DNA of 64,000 nt from the human T2T-CHM13v2.0 reference genome, Homo sapiens. The DNA lies in NCBI RefSeq assembly GCF_009914755.1, contig NC_060929.1. One strand, given 5' to 3'. The stretch's first letter is position 1. Each line of letters starts with the position of its first letter. The translations under genes were made by a program, and so were the position numbers. This document shows positions 15,143 to 27,314 of this stretch, one piece after another. The notes under the pieces were generated by a model, which had not been told where the DNA came from, made no database searches, and saw nothing but the letters and a program-made list of their open reading frames with translations.

Positions 15143-15699
15143 GTACTGGTTAAGATGCTTTTAAATGCAAGAAATATTAGCTCAACTTCAAGTGATTTTT
15201 AAAATAAATTCCTGATCTTGTATAACAGAAAGTCAGGTGGTAAGGCAGGCTTCAGGGTGCGTGGAGCCGGCAGTCCAATCATATCCTAATGGAGCATGGC
15301 ATTTTCATCTGTCCATACTACTATTCACAGTATCAGATTCATCCTAACGCAGTTCCCTTTCATGGTGCTGTGGTGACTGCCAGCTACAACTGGAAAAATA
15401 TTTCTGTTCACATCTAGGAGGAGAGGGAACTCCACCTGAAGCATGGAATAAAAATCCTTCCCTTCTCTGAGATAGACAACGTCAATTTATGTGCCCCCTT
15501 TTGAACCATAGCAGTTGCCTAGGAAATGCCACATGCATCCTTGTTAACAAATCAGCATCCACCCCAGGGCTTGTGGGATGAAGCCAGTTTACTGCTTGTT
15601 GGTGGGGGCCGGGCAAGGGGGTAACTAGACATCTGAACAATATTGGAAGGAAAAGAGGGGCAATGGGTGCTGAGTTAGCAAGCGATAGTGTTCACCACA
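15143..15699 (-). mobile_element. LTR33-like solo LTR (ERVL)
   Basis: Begins 'tgtactggttaagatgctttt...gcaag' and ends 'gcaagcgatagtgttcaccaca', resembling the recalled LTR33 antisense termini. Confidence 0.6.
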
Positions 15700-15878
15700 A
15701 TCATCTTTTTTATTTCCCAACACATACACACACCCATCTTCTCATATGTACATTTCAACAATCCTGGCACGTGCATAAAATACTGACATTCCTTAGTCTC
15801 ATCCAGTCTCAGATCCAGTCTTTCTGGGTGATGGGCAGTCCCTTCCTTCCATATCTAAATTGTCTGCTGACATAGCAC

Positions 15879-16885
15879 CAGGGAGAAAACTGTTTTGTTT
15901 TTTTTTTTTGTTTTTTTTTTAGCGCCTGAAGCTCACATAATTTGGGAGGCCGTATTAAAGAAAAATAATGTTAAATTATAAACACAAAATTTGGCACACA
16001 AAAGGAATATTTACTTAGAATGAGAAAACAAATCACAAAAAATTATATATTTTAAAAAGCTGACAAATACCACAGACATCAAAAAATTCAGAAAAAAAGA
16101 ATATATTCTTGCATAAGTGTTATATTAATTAATTGCCTAACTCATCACTTTTCCTACATTTTTTGTGTGCATATGCTGATCATCTCTTCAAATGACAATG
16201 ATTTCATAATTCAAATTCCTATGGAAAGAACAGAAAGATAATACAGTTTTTATTTTTTATTACTGAAAGTTTAGAAAGTTTCTTTCAACGTTGCAACTTC
16301 CTTCCTTATTTTTAGTACCACAGTTCTTAACACCCTCTGCAGTTTCTTACTCAGGCAGATCTGCTTTGAGATAAACTTTAGGAGAATTCCAGCCCTTTAA
16401 TCTCACAGTATAGCGGTCCAGACTGCAGCTTCCTTAGCAACCAATTCAATCTGACGTGTGGCACTACCAGTTCCTCCCCGCCTTGCCACTCTTGACCTGA
16501 GGCCAATGATGGCCGGGAGGTGGTGAATCCTGGGTTGCCTTGGTCTTCAAGCAGGAAGCAGAGCAGTCGCTGATTCAGGCACTTCTCCTTTGGGTTAAAG
16601 ATACACTCCAGGTGCTGAAATGTGGTCCAGCAGAGGGATGCTCTCGCTTGGAGCCAGGCAGATGTGGAGGTAGAGCTGATAGCCCACTGGCTGCCTGAAG
16701 CACCAAGACCACACCTAGATGTAAAGAGTAAAACCCCACACTGGACAGCACTTCAGGGCTCCAGCTTCTGTATCCTGTTCCCTCATGCCCCAAGGGAGAA
16801 CACACTGAGCTGTGGAAGGGGTCCATGCAAGTGAGGGGTTTCAACACCAAAACATCATTAACTTCATAGTAAGAGTCTACCTCTT
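15879..16885. mobile_element. Zaphod-type hAT-Tip100 DNA transposon ends flanking ~500 bp of unrelated sequence
   Basis: Left end 'caggg...gcctgaagctcacataatttgggaggcc...aagaaaaa' is homologous to 19066 onward. Right end 'ggtccatgcaagtgagggg...cattaacttcatagtaa...ctacctct' resembles the Zaphod terminus. Confidence 0.65.
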
Positions 16886-16949
16886 ACTATGACTAAAAGA
16901 TCATTGCAAAAATTCTCAAACCAGTCAGTATTCAATTGTGCAAAAGGAA

Positions 16950-18060
16950 TGGGTTAATCATTCTATTTAAAAAGGAGAGAAAGGTAACTATGCACAGTGG
17001 TTCCTGCTACTAGTATATCCTGCTGCTGGACACAACTGAGGAGGACCTTCTGCCCAGGCAATGATGTGACTCTTGGCCAGCCAACTTGACATTCCTTGAA
17101 TATTCTCTCTGGGACAACGCTCCTGTTCCTGTTTCCTCCTTGGCCACCTCTGGCCCCCAGAACAGAAATTGAGGGTCTGTACTGCAAGATGGTATGTATA
17201 CTGGTGGATAATATGTGCCCTTGATGGGGATGCACAGCTTCAGCAGTCTTCTTCCTGACATTACACATTTCAAGGTCAAAGAATTGCTTTAGGAATTAAA
17301 CATGTTTGCTGTTGTCAGCCAGCTGAGAGCTGTCATTGGCAATACAGTTCCTGTATAAATGTAGTGGTTTCAGTCTATTTGCTTCTAAGCATTTCATTAG
17401 GCACTCAAGTACCCAAAGTTAGATATCTTCTCTGCCACTGTGTCTTGTTCATCCACATGGCCTGAAGTTAAACCAATGTCCTCATTTGAAAAATTAGCTA
17501 CAGTAAACCTCTCCTTGACCCAAGCCTCATCTCAGATACTTCTTTCCGGTGGGCATGATAATACCCTCTGTCAGACAGAAAATACTTGAGAGAAAGTGGT
17601 GGGGACAGGTTTATAGAAAAGGGCTTATCTTTTTCATCTCTTTCTAAGTCTTCTGCCTCTTCAATGTCTAACTTTAGCTTGGGGAAGAGACTTCCGCCTT
17701 TCTGACCTTGAATATCTACAAATTATTGGACTTGTATTCAACTTAGGTTTTAGGACATAAGCAAAAAGGACCTTCTTTAGTAAAGCTGCATGATCTTCCC
17801 TCTATGCTCTTAGAATCCAGTGTAGCCTAAATTTATCTCTTGTAAGACCTTGCTGAAGCTGAAAGAAGTGGCTAAGAACATACCTACAGCCTGAACTTTC
17901 TTACCACTTCCCCTAAAATAAAGCCTTTGGCACATGGTCTCTGCCCTCAGGTACAATAAGCAACAGAGGTTCCCAGCCGCATCAATAGGGTATCCCATTT
18001 CCTAACTGGAGTAACAGGTTCTCCCAACTCAGAGACATCAAGGGCTAGGCTATGCTGGGA
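16950..18060 (-). pseudogene. Highly decayed non-LTR retrotransposon reverse transcriptase (L4/RTE-X-like)
   Basis: Manual minus-strand translation gives ordered degenerate RT motifs: LDVSELG (cf. PISLLDV), GYPIDAAGNL..L (G.S.ID..L), ATSFSFSKVLQEIN (AF.DFSKAFD.IN), QGQKGGSLFPKL (GVRQG..LSP.LF), FLSD..VLS (YADD.VL), IGLT...AEKISNFGYLS (GL...E.V..F.YLG). Confidence 0.5.
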
Positions 18061-18100
18061 GTAACTGGTCTAATTCAAAATTTTGTGCTGAATATTTACA

Positions 18101-18665
18101 GATATTAGTATTAATTTTGGCTGCAAGTAACACAAAACCAGACTAAAAGTGACTTAAATCTGCAAAGATAGTTGTTATTTACAACAAATATAAAAAGTCT
18201 GTAGGCAAGTGAATGCAGGGTTGATTCCGAGAATTAGCAAAGTCAGGACTCTGGGCCTACAGGCTGAAATACTTTCGGTCTCTCACTAAGAATGACAAGA
18301 TGTATGCTGAAGCTTCAAGCAACATACCCTTAAGTAACAGCATCTCATGCAGCAATAAGAATGGGGGTAAGTAAACGGGCTTTTACTCCTACAGTGTTCT
18401 TTCTCTTATTAAGAAAGAAAATCTCTTCCCAGAAGATCCCCCCTCAGTCTCACTGGACAGAACTGGGTCACATGCCCACACCCAGAGCAATCACCAGTCA
18501 AGAAGACTGGGATTACCTGGACTGGATGAAGCTATTTACCCCTAAGGATGGGGTGATGTCTTCCCTGAGCCTGCCGCCGTCCACCTGCTGCTGCCCACCT
18601 GCTGCCTACAAAGCACAGCTCTGTTTGCAAAAGATAGGGAAGTGGCAGAGGGCAATGCATCTGCC
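18101..18665 (-). mobile_element. LTR33-like solo LTR (ERVL)
   Basis: 'ttttggctgcaagtaacacaaaacc...gacttaaa' and 'tctcactggacagaactgggtcacatgcccacaccc...caatcac' are typical of the LTR33/old MLT class. Confidence 0.6.
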
Positions 18666-19065
18666 AGAGAACTCTAGAAAGAGAGATACTTGCAAAGTGG
18701 AGAAGGCAGTGCCCAGCAAATGTCAAATATCTGTGGACTCCTTTCTGGAGATACACTAAGTAAGTCTTTAAGACTCAGAAGTTTCTGATCCACTCATTAA
18801 GAGGTCTTAGCATGAGACACAGACAGCAGGAAAAAAAAAAGAAGGCAACTGGCAGAAAGGGAAAGGGTAAAGCAAAGGAACAGAAAATTAAGAAATGAAA
18901 ATAAGTAGAGGAAAGAGAAAATTGGAGAATATAGAGAGGCAGAAGTGAGTCAGTTTTTTAGATTTTCGTAGTGAAAAAGCTATAAAGGTTTTCAGCAGTT
19001 TATTTTTCTAGGAAGAGGAGAACAATAGAGGCAAAGAATACATGGAGAGAGACTTAGTCTGTGGG

Positions 19066-20186
19066 CAGGGGTCAAGCCAGGTCTTATGGGACCTGAACCT
19101 TACGGAATTTGAAGGGCCTTCTTAAAGAAAAAGAAAAAAATATATAAATATGTGATTAGATGTGCAGGTGATTATTTACCTAGGATGAGAAAATAAAGCT
19201 ATACAAATTTTTAAAATATGACAATTATTTTAAAGAGACGTTATTTTTATTAACTAACAGACTGGCACACCTCTTTAATAATTTTTCCTTCGGTTTTTCC
19301 CTGTATATTCTTTAATATCTCTTCAAATATATAACAACTTTGCTGTATTTTTTATAGAAAGCATAGAAGGAAAAATCAGTCTTCTAGCATAGTAAAAATA
19401 AAAGATATTTTTATTATAGTTGGAATACATAAAACCTATGACTTTCCACATAGATGTCTTCACTATTTCTAGCACTGGTTGCAGGGCTTGTGCTCTACAG
19501 ACACAGGCATTCAGATAAATCCTATTTCATGCAATTCAGTTTAGAAAAGGAGAAAACAGGTATGGTGCAATTATCATTACATGTTGGGTGTACCCTAGAC
19601 AGGACAGAATCTCCATTTGGATAAGTTGTCAATGAGACCCAAATTCTCTGCTAGAATTCTGCATGCCTGATGACAAATTTTTCCTGAATCAGTCTTTGGC
19701 TCTATGTTTTTAAAACTTGTTTCTCCTCCACTATACACAAACTTCCAATGCCAGACCCCGGAAGCACATACTTATCCAAGTCCCCTGCATCTTTGTTGTC
19801 ATGAGGTCTGGAGAGTTGGCAGAGTGCAACAGCAGTGTGCTTGGATACCATTCTCACACCAGATGGCTATCAATAACTTTACACAGAGATGATGGCAAAC
19901 TCCATAAACATATCCCACTAGACCCAAACAAAATGTGTTTATAAGTCAACTCTTCCTTAGCTGGATCCCCAAAAATGCCTCTCAGCTACTCCGGTACCAC
20001 CCAAAACAAGAGAAAATGTGACAGAAAAGAATCCGGCATGGAAAAAACAGCAGTCTTAACCAATTGTGGTTAAAATATATTATTTTTGCAAAATTCACAA
20101 AAACATATGACCATGTGAAGACATTGCTAGGCCCTTTCCAGGACCTAAAATCATAAGCTTTCTTTGTTCAAGTAAAAATGCTTCTG
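19066..20186. mobile_element. Zaphod-type hAT-Tip100 deletion derivative
   Basis: Ends 'caggggtcaagccaggtc...cctgaacctta' and 'taagctt...gtaaaaatgcttctg'. Degenerate 8-bp TSD tctgtggg / tctggagg, the length expected for hAT. Confidence 0.7.
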
Positions 20187-20661
20187 TCTGGAGGGAACAA
20201 AGGGTATGGATGGGGTTATGGGGAGTATGAATAAATAATTTCATCATCATGGTTTTTCCATGGACCAACCCTACTACCAGCTCCCTAACTTAAGTACAAC
20301 CCTAGGACCAAGGCAAGATACCAGTCTGCAGACCTTTGCTGTCAACACAGCTAAAATGTAGCTCTTCCTGACACATTTGGTGAATTCATCCCTCAAGAGT
20401 CTACAATTCCTTCTCCATGACATATTTTCTGATCTCCAGAGCAAAGTTGACTTCTACTTCCTTCATTTGACATAACTGCACCCCTTCCACCCTCTCCTGA
20501 ATTGACTGTGGAAATGACTCACTTGGACTGCGGGCTCTTTTCTCTCATGAGGTATTTGATGGCACCACTAGATCCACAGTGCTAAGTCTGGTATTCTGCA
20601 CAGAAGAGGAGGCTCTGGGACCATGTTTTGAAAATAAGTCTGGGAAAAAATGTCAGAATGA

Positions 20662-23600
20662 GAGGTTCAAGGTGGCTGATTAGAGGCATCTTGTATATGC
20701 CTCCTCCACTAAGAAGAACTAAAATAGTGAGTAGATTGTCACACTACTATTAGATTATTCAAAAGAGAACACTGGAATTCAACAGAAAAGAGAAAAGAGA
20801 CCCCTAAAGCAAGGAGGAAGAGAGAACTGAGGCAGCCTGCTTGGCCAAAATCAGCCTGGAGCCAAGAGAGTCTCCCTAACGTGAGAAAAAGGCAACAGAA
20901 CCTCCATGATCCATATTCCCACTGCAAATATTACTAAATTAAAAGAGAAAGATAAACTGCAATACAATAATTGTGGGGAACTTCAACACTCCACTCAGGT
21001 TTAGACAAATCATCTAGACAGAAAATTAACTGAGACACATTGGATTTAAACTTCACACCAGGCCAAATGGACCTAACAGACATTTACAGAGCACTCCATC
21101 CAATGAATACAGAACACACATTTTTTTTTTCAAATGCACATGGAACATTCTCCAGGAAAAACCATGTTAGGCCACAAAACAAGTCTCAACAAATTTTTAA
21201 AAATTGAAAACCTTTCAAATATCTTCTCAGACCACAGTGGAATGAAACTAGACACCAAGAGCAAGAGAAACATTGGAAACTGTTCAAATACATGGAAATT
21301 AAACAACATGCTCCTAAATGACCACTGGATCAAGGAAGAAATTTTAAAAATTCTTAACACAAATGAAAATCAAAACACAGCATACAAAAACCCATGGAAT
21401 AAAGCAAAAAGAGTGCTAAGAGGGAAGTTTAAGGTAATAAGTGGCTACATTACAAAAGTAAAAATTTTAAAATAAACAATATAATAATGCTCTTCAACAA
21501 TCTAGAAAAGCAAGAACAAACCAAACCCAAAATTAGTAGAAAAAAAGAAATAATAAAGATCAGACCAAAGCTAAACAAAATAGAGAGTAAAACACAATAC
21601 AAAAGATCAATAAATGAAAAATTGTTGTCTTGAAAAGATAAGCAAAATTGATAAATTGCTTGCCAGACTAACCAAGAGAAAAAAAGAATCTAATAAACAA
21701 AATTAAAAATCAAAAGCAGATATTACAACTGATACCACAGAAATACAAAAGATCATCAGAAACAATTATGAATAACTGTGCACCAACAAACTAAAAAGCT
21801 AGAAGAAATTGATAAATTCCTGGACACACAATCCACCAAGATTAAACAGGAAGAACTACAAAACCTGAACAGACAAATAACAAGTAATAATATCTGTATT
21901 AGTCTATTCTCACACTGCTATAAACATACTGCCTGAGAGTGGGTAACTTATAAACAAAAGAGGTTTAATTGACTCACAGTTCCACATGGCTGGGGGGCCT
22001 CAGGAAACTTATGGTGAAGGGGAAGCAAGGTATGTCTTACATGGTGGCAGGAGTGAGAGAGTGCATGCAGGAAAAACTGCCACCTTTAAAACCCTCAGAT
22101 CTCATGAGAACTCCCTGACTATCATGAGAACAGCATGGGATAAACTGCCCCATCATCCACCAGGACCCTCCCAAGATGCATGGGGATTACAATTTGAGAT
22201 GAGATTTGGGTGGGGACACGGAGCCAAATCATATCGATATCAAAGCAGTAATAAAAAGTCTCCCAACAAAGTACAGAACCAGATAACTTCACTGTCAAAT
22301 TCTACCAAACATCCAAAGAACTAACACTAATTCTCCCGCACCTATTCCAAAAGATTGAAGAGGAGGAAATTATCCCTAACTTCTTCTACAATGCCAGCAT
22401 TACCCTAATACCAAACCAGACAAATACAAAGAAAAAAACCCAAAACTAAGATGGATAACCATGATGAACACAGTGCAAAAATCCTCAACAAAATACTAGC
22501 AAATCCAACAGCACATTGAAAGAAAAAATACATCATGATCAAATGGAGTTTACCCCAGGGAAATGAGAATAATTCAGCATATGAGAATCAGTAATTGTGA
22601 TACATCACATCAACAGAATGAAGGACAAAAACCATATGATCATCTCAATGAATGCAGAAAAAGCATCCAATAAAATTTACCATCACTTCATGATTAAAAA
22701 AGAAAAAACTCCTAACAAACTAGACCCAGAAGGAGGGCACCTGAACCTAATAAAGACCAAATATGATAAACCCACAGGTAACATCATACTGCATGGGGAA
22801 AAGCTGAAAGTCTTTCCTCTAAAAATTGGAACAGGACAAAGATGCCCACTTTCATCACTCCTATTCAATATAGTACTGGAAGTCCTTACCAGAAGAATCG
22901 GGCAAGAAAGAGAAATAAAAGGCATCCAAATTGGAAAAGAGGAAGTCAAATTGTCTTTTTTTGTCAGCTATATAATCTTGTATTTAGAAAGCCTAAAGAC
23001 TCCACCACCAACCTATTAGATTTGATAAAGAAATTCCATAAAGTTGCAGTATACAAAATCAACGTATAAAAATCAAGTGTTTTTATACACCAATAATGAA
23101 CTAATTGAGAAAGAAATCAAGAAAACAGTCCTATTTACAATAGCTAAAAAAAACCCCTAGGTATAAATTTAATCAAGGAGGTAAAGGATCTCTACAAGAA
23201 AACTATAAAGCAATGATAAAAGAAATTAAAGAGGAGACTCATACGAATGGAAAGACATTCTATGCTTATGGATCAGAAGAATTAGCATTGTTAAAATGAC
23301 CGAATTACCCAAAGCAATTTATAGGTTTCATGTAACTCCTATCAAAATACCAATGACATTCTTTGTCTGTCAGAAACAGACAAAAACAATCCTGAAATTA
23401 ATATGAAACCCAAAAAGAGCCCAGATAGCCAAAGCAATCCTGAGCAAAAGAAAAAAGTGGAGGCATCACACTAGCTGACTACAGAAATATTACAAGGTTA
23501 TAGTAACAAAAACAGCTTGCTATTGGTATAAAAACAGACACATGAACCAATGGAATATAACAGAAAACTCAGAAATGAATTCCAACTCATTTTCAATAAA

Positions 23601-24862
23601 TGTACCACCTATACACACTGGGGAAAGGACACCACCTTTAATAAGTGGTTCTTAAAATATTCAATATCTATAGGCAGAAGGATGAAACTGGACCCTTATC
23701 TCTCACCATACACAAAAATCAACTCAAGATAAAGACTTAAACATAAGACCCAAAACTATAAAACTACTAGAAGAAACCATAGAGAAAACACTTTAGGACA
23801 TTGGTCTAGGCAAAGATTTTATGGCTAAGACCTCAAAAGCACAGGAAACAAAAAGAAAAGGAGACAAATGGTATGATATTAAACTAAAAAGCTTCTGCAT
23901 AACAAAAGAAACAATCAGCAGAGTGAAGAGACAGCCTGTGTAAAAGTATTTGCAAACTATTTATCTGACAAGGGACTAATATCCCAAATATATAATAAAC
24001 TCAAACATCCAACAATTAAAAAAAAACAAATACCATTAAAAAGTGAGCAAAAGCACAAATAGACATTTCTCAAAAGAAGACATTCAAATGAACAGGTATA
24101 TGAAAAAATGCTTAGCATCACTAATCATCAGTGAAATGCAAATGAAAACCACCATGAGACATTTTCTCACTCTAGTTAGAATGGCTATTACTGAAAAGAA
24201 AAAAAATAATAATAGCTGCTGGATAGAATGCAGAGGATGGGGAACTCTTACACAGTGTTAGTGGAAATATAAATTAGTACAACCACTATGAAAAACAACA
24301 TGTATATTTCTAAAAAAACTAAAAACAGAATTACCATGCAATCCAGTAATTCCACAACTGGATATCTATCTAAAGGAAAAGAAATCAGTATATCAAAGGG
24401 ATAACTGCACTTGCAAATTTCTCACAGCACTATTCATAATAGCAAAGATATGAAAATCAACCTAAATGTTCATTAGTGGACTAATGGATCAATAAAATGT
24501 GATGTATATACACACAATGGATACTGTTCAGCCATAAAAAAGAGTGAAATTATGTCATTTGCAGCAACATGGATGGAACTGGGGATCATTATGTTAAATG
24601 AAATAATCCAGACACAGAAAGACAAATACTGCATGTTCTCACTCATACATGAGACCTAAAAAAGTTGATCTCATGGTGTAGAGAATAAAATTATAGATAC
24701 AAGAGGCTGGGAAGAGTGTGCATGTGGGAGGAGGGTATGGAGAAATGTCGATTAATGGGTAAAAATATAGAGTTAAATGGAAGAAGTTCTAATGTTTGAT
24801 ATGAGAGTAGAGTAACTATACTTAGATATGTAAAATATTATGTATCAATAAAATAACCTTTT
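20662..24862 (+). mobile_element. L1MA3/4-like LINE-1: short 5'UTR piece fused directly to ORF2 (ORF1 absent), through to the 3'UTR
   Basis: 5' end 'caaggtggctgattagaggcat'. Jumps at ~20925 to the endonuclease region ('caaatattac...gggaacttcaacactccact'). ORF2 peptides ([16 protein letters not shown]; [20 protein letters not shown]). L1MA-type 3'UTR 'aaagttgatctcatgg'. Confidence 0.9.
21895..22236 (-). mobile_element. THE1 (C/D-like) solo LTR (MaLR) inserted in L1
   Basis: 'tgtattagtctattctcacactgctataaa...gccaaatcatatcg'. 5-bp TSD 'atatc' at 21890-21894 and 22237-22241. Confidence 0.92.
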
Positions 24863-24964
24863 TTAAAAGTGATAAAAAGGATATCTTGAGAGAGTATGCA
24901 GTAATGTTAAATAATATCATTAATAGTATAAATAATATCATCACTAATAGTATCAATAATAATA

Positions 24965-25165
24965 CACATATGTTTTGAGCATTTACAATGTGGCAAGCCA
25001 CTTTATAGTCACTGTCTCGTCTAATCCTCACCATAGTCCTATTAAGTTGGTACAATAATCACTCCTACTTTATATAGCTCAGATAGTTGAAGTAGTCACA
25101 CAGCTAGTAAGAAGCAGAGCCAGGATTCCAGTCTAGGTCTGCATAACTCCCTAGGCTCATACATA
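24965..25165 (-). mobile_element. MIR
   Basis: 'ttgagcatttacaatgtggcaagc...taatcctcac...gtcacacagctagtaagaagcagagccaggattc'. Confidence 0.75.
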
Positions 25166-25696
25166 ACAAATTTACCTTCTATACTGAGATTACTGAGGCT
25201 ACCCTATAAAGATTATACAGCCAAGAAAGTCAAGTCTACTCTCCTCTTCTAGGGTTGTAAACAATATCACTAGTAGATCAGGACACTTTTGTCATCCTTT
25301 TGGAAGTAAAGTCTACATCCAATTCCAAATAGCTATCCCCAAATCACTGGAGGAAGAACAGAGCTAAAACTTGTATTTCTTCTTGCACCCATCCCATCAC
25401 CTTGGTTGAGAGAAAAGCCACTTGCTCAGGTTTACAAAAGAAATTTTTTATAAGTTTAGGTTAAGAATCCAAATCTCCACATTTCATCCAGTAGTCTTTG
25501 ATCTACACTGTGTGACTGATAACCTTGCTTCTGGTAGCTTACTCTTTTTCTTGAGATTAAAGACTCATTATAAGATACTCCCAGTGAGTTAGACAAGCTC
25601 TCATAGCTGATTGAGAAATGAGGTATTTCTGTAAATGAAATGAGGTATTTCTGTAAAGAGTTACACTCATATTTCTTCCGGTAATTTTTTATCCTG

Positions 25697-25702
25697 TAAT
25701 TC

Positions 25703-25753
<51 letters not shown>

Positions 25754-25785
25754 AATTATATATATATTATATATATATAATTCAT

Positions 25786-25819
<34 letters not shown>
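25697..25819. repeat. Compound microsatellite forming an inverted repeat: (TA)n(TG)n-ATGAATTA(TA)n-TAATTCAT(AC)n(AT)n
   Basis: Read directly from the sequence. Confidence 0.95.
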
Positions 25820-27000
25820 TCCTAATAGATACAGGTGTGCAGTAATACTTCATTTTTTTCATGAAGACTGTATAAACATATCAACTTAGTAAATTACAGT
25901 ATGGCTACTCCTTGCTTTTTCCTCTTTCAAGAAAAATAATAAATTTTATCAATTTTATGGTGATTCATTATTAGCCAGCCATATTAGACCTATCAATGGC
26001 AAAAACTAACATATTATGAGTTTTAAAAACTGAACTTGGAAGACAGAATTTGCTTCTCAGAATATTCTTATCTAATATATATTACAAAAATACATAATAA
26101 ATTTGAGCCAGAATGGAATGAAAAACACCTAACCTGCACTGATGTGTGAGAAATGCTCCACTGAAGCCACAAGTTGTCACTAGAAATAAACAAGAGGCAG
26201 GCAAAACTAGAAACTCACACCCTGGTGGCCACCTGTGGTTGCTTCTGTGCCTCTAAGCCTGGTGGCCCTCCCAGTTCTCTGAGTGACTCCCAAAACCTTC
26301 CTGGGTATTGCTTGCAGACCATCCCAGTTAATCCTGCTGCTTCTCCCGGAGGTTCTAGTCTTTACTTTTCCAGACTCCAGCAAGTTATCTTTTGTTCATC
26401 ACCAAGTTTATATTTTGCAGTGCTCTTACTCCTTCTTCTTCGCATCCAAGGAAGTTTCAATTCCTCCATCCATTCCTCCATCACTTCCTAAAAGGTTCAG
26501 CTGAGAGATAACTTACATCCCCAAAAAGGAGGTTAGTGGCTACATAGTCTTGATAAAGACCGCTGGATGGAAAGTAGACACACTTGGGTCCTGACCTAGA
26601 CCTACAACAAATTCCTTTAGTAAACCTGAGTGAGTCCCTTTGCTTTTCCCTTAAAGTTATCAAGAAAAGTGGTCTCTCAGAGTATCCAGAGCCCAAATAA
26701 CACACTAGCAAACAGAGCCAATCAGATTTGTCTTCAGAGATCCTTCCTTTATGTAAAGCTCACAAGTTGTCTCTAGATCCAAAGGGCCTCTAGCTCCAAC
26801 TCTGAGCATCCCACCTTTGTGCTCTAGACCTTTTTACTGCCAATTCCCGATACCTCCACTCTTTCTTCTCTAAACCATGATTCTTCTTGGTTCTCGTCAG
26901 TGGGTACTAATTTCTTACCTCTGCCTAATAACAAAGTTAAATGTCAAGGGAGGCCTTTGATTCATCCCACCACATGTAGGGTTATAAAAATTCATCCTGT

Positions 27001-27314
<314 letters not shown>

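Noticed and set aside
16432-16507. MHC class II-type SXY (X-X2-Y) module
   Set aside because: RFX-, CRE- and CCAAT-like motifs are present, but spacing and orientation do not match the strict X-X2-Y geometry. Kept only as a generic promoter-motif cluster.
15143-18665. Two LTR33 copies as the LTR pair of one ERVL provirus
   Set aside because: The intervening sequence is better explained by Zaphod plus a non-LTR RT remnant. No PBS, PPT or TSD seen, and the copies look divergent.
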